From assembly GCA_026394215.1 (NCBI GenBank), contig JAPKYR010000198.1, positions 1 to 50,037 on the forward strand: a stretch of DNA of 50,037 bases. Reading direction: 5' to 3'. Of this stretch, positions 8,963 through 16,600 are shown one piece after another (position 1 is the first letter of the stretch; every line of letters begins with the position of its first letter). Under the pieces are notes generated by a model. That model was not told the origin of the DNA, searched no databases, and worked only from the letters and a program-made list of their open reading frames with translations. Origin of the DNA: a bacterium (GTDB taxonomy: Bacteria; JAJVIF01; JAPKYR01). Both the position numbers and the translations under genes were made by a program.

Positions 8963-9541
8963 TTGATAAAGAAAAAAGGGAACAGCCTATGGTGGCGACG
9001 GGTAGCCGGGTACACAATGGTCGAACTTATGACCGTGTCCGCGATAATTTCTATCCTGGCCGCTATTTCGTTCGCGCTGATATCCCGCATGAGGAGCCAG
9101 GCGATCGAGAGCAAGGCGGTCGCGACTCTGAATGTTGTAGCGACCGGATACGAGATGTACTTCAATCGTTTCAGGGAGTACCCGCAATGGGGGCCGGAGA
9201 GCAGATTCGAAACGCCCCGCGCCTTGTGGAATTTTCTTGCAGAGCAGGAATACATACCGAGGTCATACGTGAATACCCAGTATGACAGCGGGTCGGGATA
9301 TATATTTGGTGTAGCTGAAGATTACGCGATGGAGATACCGATGTACGATTCAACGGATAATACGACGGATCAGAAGTATTCATATTTTGTAGTATTTCAT
9401 CCGTTTAATCTTCAAAGGGATTCGCTCGCAGTAGGGATAAATCCGCCGACAGGGTGGGTGGCGGCGCGTCCGAGAAAGGGGAGCACGAACGGGAATTACA
9501 GATTTTTCAGACTTTACATACCACACCGCGGCGGGGCATGA
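8963..9541 (+). CDS. Type IV pilin-like protein, paralog 12 of 12 (most divergent C-terminus).
   Basis: TTG start. ...WWRRVAG|YTMVELMTVSAIISILAAISFALI; conserved helix ATLNVVATGYEMYFN. Confidence 0.75.
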   Translation: MIKKKGNSLWWRRVAGYTMVELMTVSAIISILAAISFALISRMRSQAIESKAVATLNVVATGYEMYFNRFREYPQWGPESRFETPRALWNFLAEQEYIPRSYVNTQYDSGSGYIFGVAEDYAMEIPMYDSTDNTTDQKYSYFVVFHPFNLQRDSLAVGINPPTGWVAARPRKGSTNGNYRFFRLYIPHRGGA

Positions 9542-9684
9542 GAATAGGGTCGCCTTGATGCGGAGTAATGGGGATAAAGATGGATGTAGGCTCTCAGAGA
9601 CAGACGGATGACAGAAACATACGGAACCGCGGAACCAGTAACAACATTATTGAAATACACCGGGATGGCATTAAGCCAACCAGC

Positions 9685-9713
9685 TTGACTTGTATTTATT
9701 ATTATAGTATTGT
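9685..9713 (+). promoter_or_regulatory. Candidate sigma70-type promoter upstream of pilM.
   Basis: TTGACT (9685-9690), a 17-nt A/T-rich spacer, then TATTGT (9708-9713). It lies inside the 303-nt non-coding gap between the last pilin and pilM. Confidence 0.3.
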
Positions 9714-9844
9714 GCCGTCGAGTGGAGCGGGGCATTGTTGGTCGGTGTGCCGTTTTACATGAAACAGGGTTGAATGTTTTTTATTTTTTGCTGACGAAAG
9801 CCTTGGTCCGATGGACCTGTAAGCTGCGAAAACGAGGATAACTG

Positions 9845-11071
9845 TTGTCACCGTTACCATTATTCAACATTGCGCCGAAGCGTGCCCTTGGGGTTCATGT
9901 CGGTCCTGCGCAGGTGAAGCTGGTCGAGATTGAGAGGGGCAAGCGACCGGCTATCATCAACCTGCTCTGGGAGGAGACTCCACCCGAAGCTTATGTCGGC
10001 AACCGTCTTGAGAACCCGTCGGCATTGGCCTCCACAATCGTGCGGATGCTTCAAAGCCGCAAGATCAAGACAAGGCACATGTTGTCGGCAGTCGATGGGA
10101 GCGAAGTAATCGCCCGCACTATTACTTTGCCGAACATGCCCATCCGCGAGCTTCGGAAAGCGATCCTGTTCGAGACCGAAGCTTCGCTTCCAGCAGGTGC
10201 TGGAGATACGGTGCTTGATTATTCCATTCTGAGAACATTTACTAGTGAAGAAGATAAGTCCGAGAAGGTGGAAGTATTAATCTTATCGGCTCAGAAACAC
10301 CCGCTTGGCCTTATGGTCGAAGCATTTCTCGAAGCCGGGTTGCGTCCCGCCGCACTCGACCTGACCCCGGTCGCTGCTCACAGGGCGGAGAAACGGTCGA
10401 AGGCCATTACGGATCGCGGGAACGAATACATACTTATTACTGTAAACGACAAATGCACCGACCTGTCGATTATTTTCCAGGGTGAGGTCCGGCTTGTTCG
10501 ATCGATCCCGATTGGCAGTGTCGGATTTGTGGATGCGCTCGGCGAGAAACATCTGTTCGATGCCGGGCTGGGTACCAGGCAGAAGGCTCAAACAGAATCA
10601 TTTGGAGACGATACGGATAGCGGTCCGAACGAGGACCTTGGTATAGTCCGTGCCGACGAAGGGGATCTTGAATTCGGGTCGTTCGGCGAGGACCCATTCT
10701 CCGCCGAGCTTTCGGCCCGTGATGAAAAGTTATCCAGAGAATCCGGGTCGGATATCGACGAGCTTGCTAAATTAAATCCGCTGATCACCGAACTTGTCGA
10801 TGAGACCCTGAACACGATCAGGTATGGGCAGTCGTTCGGGACGGAGCGATCTGAGATCGGATTCGGGGTTATTGACGGTTATTATCCGTACGGAGAGCAT
10901 TTCGTAAAGTCCATGTCGGACAAGCTGGGAATACCGGTTGTGCAGGGCGACCCGTTTGCGTCGGTTGATTTGCCGAATGGCGGGTACAGGGAAGAGCTGG
11001 TAAAATATTTCGCCCCGGATTTCAGTGTCGCTGTGGGCCTCGCGCTAAGGGGGATACATCAGTTTGGATAA
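9845..11071 (+). CDS. pilM: Type IV pilus assembly protein PilM (actin-like ATPase fold) with an acidic low-complexity insertion.
   Basis: 408 aa with a TTG start. The N-terminus LGVHVGPAQVKLVEIE... fits the PilM/FtsA-like pattern. Its end overlaps the pilN start by 8 nt, and the gene order is pilM-N-O-(P)-Q. Confidence 0.75.
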   Translation: MSPLPLFNIAPKRALGVHVGPAQVKLVEIERGKRPAIINLLWEETPPEAYVGNRLENPSALASTIVRMLQSRKIKTRHMLSAVDGSEVIARTITLPNMPIRELRKAILFETEASLPAGAGDTVLDYSILRTFTSEEDKSEKVEVLILSAQKHPLGLMVEAFLEAGLRPAALDLTPVAAHRAEKRSKAITDRGNEYILITVNDKCTDLSIIFQGEVRLVRSIPIGSVGFVDALGEKHLFDAGLGTRQKAQTESFGDDTDSGPNEDLGIVRADEGDLEFGSFGEDPFSAELSARDEKLSRESGSDIDELAKLNPLITELVDETLNTIRYGQSFGTERSEIGFGVIDGYYPYGEHFVKSMSDKLGIPVVQGDPFASVDLPNGGYREELVKYFAPDFSVAVGLALRGIHQFG

Positions 11072-11762
11072 AGATAAACTGATCAACCTGCTTCCCGAAG
11101 AGTATCTGCCCGAGCCGGAATTTAAAATATTCCCGATATTTGCCGCGGTGCTTATTATTCTAACGATCCTGTTTGTCTACATGAGCTATCAGAGAGACCA
11201 GAGAATGGTAACCAAGGCGGAAAGAGACTACAAAGAGATCGAAGCAAGAGTGGGCCAGAAACTTACGGATGCAATGCCTTTTCTGGAAATACAGAGAAAC
11301 GCGAGATTTATCAGCAGTTATTTCGGAGTCATCCCGAACATGGTACTCCAGGCTCCCGATTACTGGGAAATATACAATGAGCTTGAAAGGCTTCTGCCGG
11401 AGAGAACATGGATAGCGAACATGGCCTTCAGGGCCGGGGCAATAACCTGGCCGAATCTAACCATTAATTTCCTGTCAAAGGGTTACTCATTTGAAGGGCC
11501 ATTAACGACATACGATAATTTCCTTGGAAAACCGGATGTGCCGACAAGGTTCCGCGGCCTTCAGATGGATGGATACCAGCGTGTCAATGTGGGCCCGGAT
11601 CCCGGCTCAAGTTTCACTTTATTAATGAGAGTTGCTTTTCCGACATCCATGCGGATCGAGGATAAGGGCAAACAGGAAGAAGGGACGGAAACCCAGGGGC
11701 AGGAAAACCAGGATAATCCGGTTAACCCGGAAGGAACGAGCCATGGAGGTGAAACTCCCTAG
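11064..11762 (+). CDS. pilN: Type IV pilus assembly protein PilN.
   Basis: N-terminal INLLPEEY motif (the PilM-binding INLLP signature), then a TM helix FPIFAAVLIILTILFVYM and a coiled-coil-like stretch. Confidence 0.75.
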   Translation: MDKDKLINLLPEEYLPEPEFKIFPIFAAVLIILTILFVYMSYQRDQRMVTKAERDYKEIEARVGQKLTDAMPFLEIQRNARFISSYFGVIPNMVLQAPDYWEIYNELERLLPERTWIANMAFRAGAITWPNLTINFLSKGYSFEGPLTTYDNFLGKPDVPTRFRGLQMDGYQRVNVGPDPGSSFTLLMRVAFPTSMRIEDKGKQEEGTETQGQENQDNPVNPEGTSHGGETP

Positions 11763-12638
11763 GTGAATCCATACGCAAAAATAGCAATCAAGATTGGAAT
11801 AGTGATTGTAATATGCCTGGTTATCATGACCGGTTACCGGGCAATCTGGCATAAGAGTTTTACCGCCAAGCTTGTAAAAGCCAATAAAGATATCGCTGCA
11901 GGCAGGGTAATTGAGGAATCGGTTGATTCGTTGCTGGCATACAACCATCTCCTTCCGCAGATCAGGCAGGTGCAGCTCCAGGATATGCAGACAATTCGAA
12001 ACCTGATCCCGGATGCCGGCGATTTCGTGCTGACCAGTTACCTGAGAAGGATTCATACCCTTATTTCGGATAACCATCTGGAAACCAATGGGATCACGAT
12101 ACGGTCTTCCGCGGCTCTTGGCGGGACAACTTTCGATGAGGCGTTCGCGCAGGATCCAACCAGGCTGATTTCCGACCTGGCGTCATTTACAGGCGCTCTC
12201 GATAATTTTGAGCAGCGGGAAAGCGAGATGAATAATCTGCTGGTCAGTTTCCAGTTCTATAATGCTATTTCGTCAGGATCTGAGAATTTTGCCGCGATCG
12301 CAGGCGGTATCGAAACGCATACATTCAACCTTTCGGTGCGCGGTCCTTATAAAGATATAAAGAAATTTACGTTTGAAGTATTCAATATGAGGCCATTGAC
12401 GGCGCTCACGAATTTCCAGATGTCTCCCCAGGGAGTAGGAATCGGCCCAACGCGCCAGTATGTCGCAAGCTTCAAGCTGGTAACCTATGGCGACGCTAAT
12501 GGCCAGCCTCCGCTTTGGGATGCTTACAGACATGGGCTTATCGGTGGAGCGGATATTACTCTCGCGTCGGATGCAGGCGTTACAGATGAAAGTACCGCAA
12601 GTGAAAGCGGCACGGATGAAAGTGGGAGTGATGGCTGA
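11763..12638 (+). CDS. pilO: PilO-like bitopic inner-membrane pilus alignment protein.
   Basis: The GTG start abuts the pilN stop. It has one TM helix (IAIKIGIVIVICLVIMTGY) followed by a periplasmic domain. The call rests on position and topology, not on a recognised motif. Confidence 0.5.
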   Translation: MNPYAKIAIKIGIVIVICLVIMTGYRAIWHKSFTAKLVKANKDIAAGRVIEESVDSLLAYNHLLPQIRQVQLQDMQTIRNLIPDAGDFVLTSYLRRIHTLISDNHLETNGITIRSSAALGGTTFDEAFAQDPTRLISDLASFTGALDNFEQRESEMNNLLVSFQFYNAISSGSENFAAIAGGIETHTFNLSVRGPYKDIKKFTFEVFNMRPLTALTNFQMSPQGVGIGPTRQYVASFKLVTYGDANGQPPLWDAYRHGLIGGADITLASDAGVTDESTASESGTDESGSDG

Positions 12639-12690
12639 CACGATTACGAGCGGGAGGCAATATTGAAAGCGCCTCCGGACTTAAGGCTCG

Positions 12691-13206
12691 GTGAGAAAGA
12701 TGATGAAGCACAATGACAGAAAACCGGATTATGGAGAAAGGGCGAAAAAGCTCGCGCCATATGCCGTGATTATTCTGGTATTGACGGTGGGAGTTATTCT
12801 TGTTATCCCTCAGTTTGGCGCAGTCAGACCGGTTCAGGCACAGGTGAATCTGGGACAGGTCGGAAACGTGGTAACCGAAACAGTCGGCGAAGCCGCGTCC
12901 GAGACAGCCGGAGAATATGCCCAGACGCAAAATGAAATTGAAAACCCGACACCGCAGCCTGCCGAGAATCAGGAAGAAACAGCACCGTCAGAAATCCCTG
13001 CGACTGAGCCTGTCGCGGTAAATGCTGAAGAAGTAGAACTTAGCGAAGAAGAAGCCCAGGCGATGAGGGAGCAGTTTTATACGTCGTCCGAAGGAATAAG
13101 CGGAAAGCACTTCACGGAACTAAGCGATCCTGAAATCCGCCAGAGCCTGGATGAGGCCTCCATTTCCAAACACAGAAGTATACGGGGTGCCGTCTGGAGA
13201 GAATAA
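12691..13206 (+). CDS. PilP-like protein, N-terminal part (membrane anchor plus Glu/Pro-rich linker). Probably one gene with 13151..13483.
   Basis: TM helix LAPYAVIILVLTVGVILVIPQF followed by an acidic linker. The frame ends inside a 56-nt overlap with the next ORF. Confidence 0.45.
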   Translation: MRKMMKHNDRKPDYGERAKKLAPYAVIILVLTVGVILVIPQFGAVRPVQAQVNLGQVGNVVTETVGEAASETAGEYAQTQNEIENPTPQPAENQEETAPSEIPATEPVAVNAEEVELSEEEAQAMREQFYTSSEGISGKHFTELSDPEIRQSLDEASISKHRSIRGAVWRE

Positions 13207-13483
13207 GGGACCCGATATTACAGCGGAGATGGTCGCGCAGGTGCTCAGGTTGAAAGGTGTACTGGCAGATGGCAACGATTATATCGCGATTATCCTTATT
13301 TTAAACCAGGAAAAAAGATTGAGGGTTGGGGATGAAGTATTTAACAGCGGCCAGCGAAGTTATATTATAACAGAAATTGATATGAGTTCAGTAAAAATAC
13401 AGGCGGCGGACAACAGTGCGGATGTTGGTGTCATACATTTCGGAGCCCGCGCGCAGATCCAGAATTTTTCGATTTCGTATTGA
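13151..13483 (+). CDS. PilP-like protein, C-terminal beta-domain part.
   Basis: RPPFPN... then LKGVLADGNDYIAIILILNQEKRLRVGDEVFNSGQRSYIITEIDMSSVKIQ, which fits the small PilP/GspC-HR beta-domain pattern. There is no signal or anchor of its own and no obvious Shine-Dalgarno before ATG 13151. Confidence 0.45.
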   Translation: MRPPFPNTEVYGVPSGENKGPDITAEMVAQVLRLKGVLADGNDYIAIILILNQEKRLRVGDEVFNSGQRSYIITEIDMSSVKIQAADNSADVGVIHFGARAQIQNFSISY

Positions 13484-13608
13484 TTTGTTTGAAAGAAAGA
13501 AAGAAAGCAGTAATGTTTGAGTATACAGAAGTAAGGTTCGAGTAGTCTATTTCCTTGACTTGCAGATAGTTCGGTGCAAGAAAGTAATCAGGGAGCTAAA
13601 TTCGTCAA

Positions 13609-16600
13609 ATGAGAATCGCGCAACAACCTGGAAGCAATAAGAAAGAAATGAGAAGAGGCTTTGCCTTCCTTCTCGTCCTGCTGTTAATTATTCCCCTGAC
13701 AGTGCTCAGGGCGGAAGAGCCCGCAGGACCTGCCGATGTAAGCACGGCAGATATTGAGGTGACTGCACAAGCTGTGGTAGTCAACCTTGCGGTTTCAAAC
13801 CTTGCAAGCGTGCGGTCATTCAACCTCACATCACCCTCGAGGGTTGTTTTCGATATAGAGGGTGCTGTGCTTACGCTGGCCGATACGGCCACGACATCCT
13901 GGGAGAATCCCATAGATGGAATTGTCAATCTCACGATTACACAATTCTCTATGGAACCTCCGGTAGTCAGGGTGGTCGCCGAAGTATCAAATCCCGCGCT
14001 CCAATCGGATCGATTGACAAGTCCGGATACTGTCAAGCTGGCGATCTTTACCGGCGACAGTCCGCTTGTCGAGTCAGCCGGACCCGGAGCGCCGCCGTCA
14101 AGCCTGATTCCGATAATCGAGAAATTCTGGCATGAGGCGACCGAGACCGGCGAGGATCGGTTTGTGATCGAATTCTCCTTCGGTGTCGTGCTTCCGCAAG
14201 TTAGAATAGAAAGCCCGACAGTGCTTCTTCTCAGGTTCCCGGGGACGGATGTGCTTCTACCGCCCACAACTCCCGATAATTTCGTTACATCTGTCGGTGG
14301 AATTTTAGTTGAACGGATGAGGGCCGAGCGTCTGATGGAATCCGGTCAAAACGTTACGGAAATCCGTCTGACTGTTCCCAATACCAGCGCGATAAGTTAC
14401 ACGCTTGGAACATATGCTGAAGATTCTCTGGAAATGATTATCTCCGGAGAAGCTGTTCCTGAACCGCCGGTAGTAGCCCCAATTGAACCGCCTGTGATAG
14501 AGCCTGTCCAACCCACACGGATCGAGGGTGGCGAGATTATGGTGCTCGCTTCGAGCGAGAATGTTCCGGTTATGCCGGATACGCCAATTCATATCACACG
14601 CGTTCAATTCCAGTCTATAGATTCTGAAACCGATAGGTATTTTATTTATTACGAAGGTGGGGAGCTTGATCCCCATGTACAGAGATTCAATTACCCGACA
14701 AGGGTAGCGGTATATTTCCCGGATGCTGCAGTTGTGCTTCCTGAATCTGCCGAGGGACGTTTCCAGGCCGTGGTTCACGGGGCTGTAACCGATGAGCTTA
14801 AAGTATTCAACCGCGTCATCGAAGACGTCGGGCCTGAAAGCCAGTTTATATTCTACTTCCCGGGCTATGAGCAGGAAAACGTCGGATTTTCGGTCGATTA
14901 TGTCGATCCCGGTCTGATGCACATCGATTTCTACCGCACGTCCGTGCCGATAGATATCGAGTCACCGGTCGAGGTAAATACGAGTATCGATGCCCCGGAA
15001 GCTGTACCTGAAGAGACATTAGCTCCACCGGCTGAGATCGAAGCACCGGCAATCGTTGAAGAACCGGTGATTATTGAGGAGCCTGTAGTTAATGAGACTT
15101 CTGAAACCACTGAAATCGTGAATCCGGTTGTCGAGGATACAACGCCTCCAGAAATAGCGGGAGCGGAACTGCCTTTAATTACTGTCACGCTTGGTGAAGT
15201 CAGCAGCGATACAATTAATTTCCGAATCGAGACAAGCGAGCAGATGCCGACGCCGGAATGGATCGAGTATCATTATCCGGAAAGGCTCGGACTCAGGTTC
15301 CCATACGCTAATATCCATCTCCTTGAAGCCGCTGTGGGAGTCGGATCGTCATACACTCATGTACAGGCAATTCCGCTTGTCCGGGCAATTATGAAAGACC
15401 GCGACAACGAACAGTACACTACGATTATATTTACTCTTGAGGGAGAAATAGAGGAATACACAGGGGACATCAGCCAGGAAGGGAACGCGTATCTGGTTAC
15501 GTTCCATTACAATCCGCTTTCTGAGCAACCGGTGGTAGCGCCAATCGAAGAAGAGATAACTGCACCGGTTGATGAGACAGTACCGGCACCGGTCGAAGAA
15601 GTTCAACCAGAACCGGTCGAAGAAGTCAGTGCTGAGCCTGTCGAGGCGCCATTAGTTATTGGAGAGCCGGAGCCAGTCGAAGCAACATCAATTATATATG
15701 TAACAGCCGGGGATGTAGTTACCGATAACACTGTCACATTCCGGATAGCATCGACAGAATCGCTTCCGATGCCCGAATGGGTTGAGTATCGCTATCCTGA
15801 GAGGCTTGGTTTGAAGTTCCCATATGCTGACGTTCAGTTAATGGACGCCGCGGCGGGAATTATCTCGGCTTATACACATATGCAGGCAGTTCCGCTTGTC
15901 CGCGCGATTCAGAATGATCGTGACGGTGAGCAGAGCACGACCATTGCATGGACCCTTGCGGGTAATATTGAAGAATATGCCCGTGATATCAGTCAGGATG
16001 GGTCGGGCTATCTCGTTACATTTACCTATACTCCTGCACCTGTAGTACCAGAGCCTGTAGAAGCACCGCAACTTGTTCAGTCGGAACCAACATCTGCTGT
16101 AGTTGAGCAGCCGGTAGTAGAAGAAGAGCCTGAAGTTGAAGTACCGGGAGTCCCGGCTGAGCTTGAAATCCCGGCGTTGGAAACTCCCCTGGCGCTTCCG
16201 TTTATCGAAGTCAGCAGCGGCGAGATTGTCGGGGACAAGATAATGTTCCATATCACCACTTCGGAGCTATTTCCTGTGCCGGAGTGGATAGAATATCGGT
16301 ACCCGGATCGTCTTGGCCTCCGGTTCCCGTTATCGGATGTTAAGTTGCTGGGAGAAGAAGACGCATTAACGGTAAATACCGGGTTGGATCTGATTCCGAC
16401 AGTTCGGGCGATCGTGAAAGACCGTACAGATGAGCAGTACACGATAATTACATTCACGCTGGCCGGCTCGCTTGAAGAGTTCAAAGGCGAGACCAACTGG
16501 AATGGCCGCGATATCGATGTAATATTTACTTACAGTCCGGCAATGTCCGAGCCCGAGGCTACGGTCCAGCCGGAAGCTGTAGAAGAGATAGAAGTACATG

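Noticed and set aside
2806-9541. The idea that the pilin array is a Neisseria-style set of silent pilS cassettes for antigenic variation.
   Set aside because: Every copy has its own start codon, a full leader and the conserved N-terminal helix. The copies share little DNA identity, so gene conversion between them looks unlikely.
2806-9541. Regularly spaced repeated DNA (the pilin N-terminal coding segments every ~500-600 nt) as a possible CRISPR-like array. The whole window was also scanned for short direct repeats with spacers.
   Set aside because: The period is far too long, the repeats are coding and diverged, and no 25-40-nt repeat/spacer structure exists anywhere in the window.
9514-9762. 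ORFs 9568..9762(+) and 9514..9735(-) in the pilin-pilM spacer.
   Set aside because: They have no RBS and no motif, their composition is odd, and they overlap each other. I treat the region as non-coding.
13491-13506. (GAAA)4 microsatellite upstream of pilQ, and (GGTATG)3 at ~20441-20458, as phase-variation switches.
   Set aside because: The tracts are too short for efficient slippage. The first is intergenic without clear promoter spacing, and the second changes length in-frame only.
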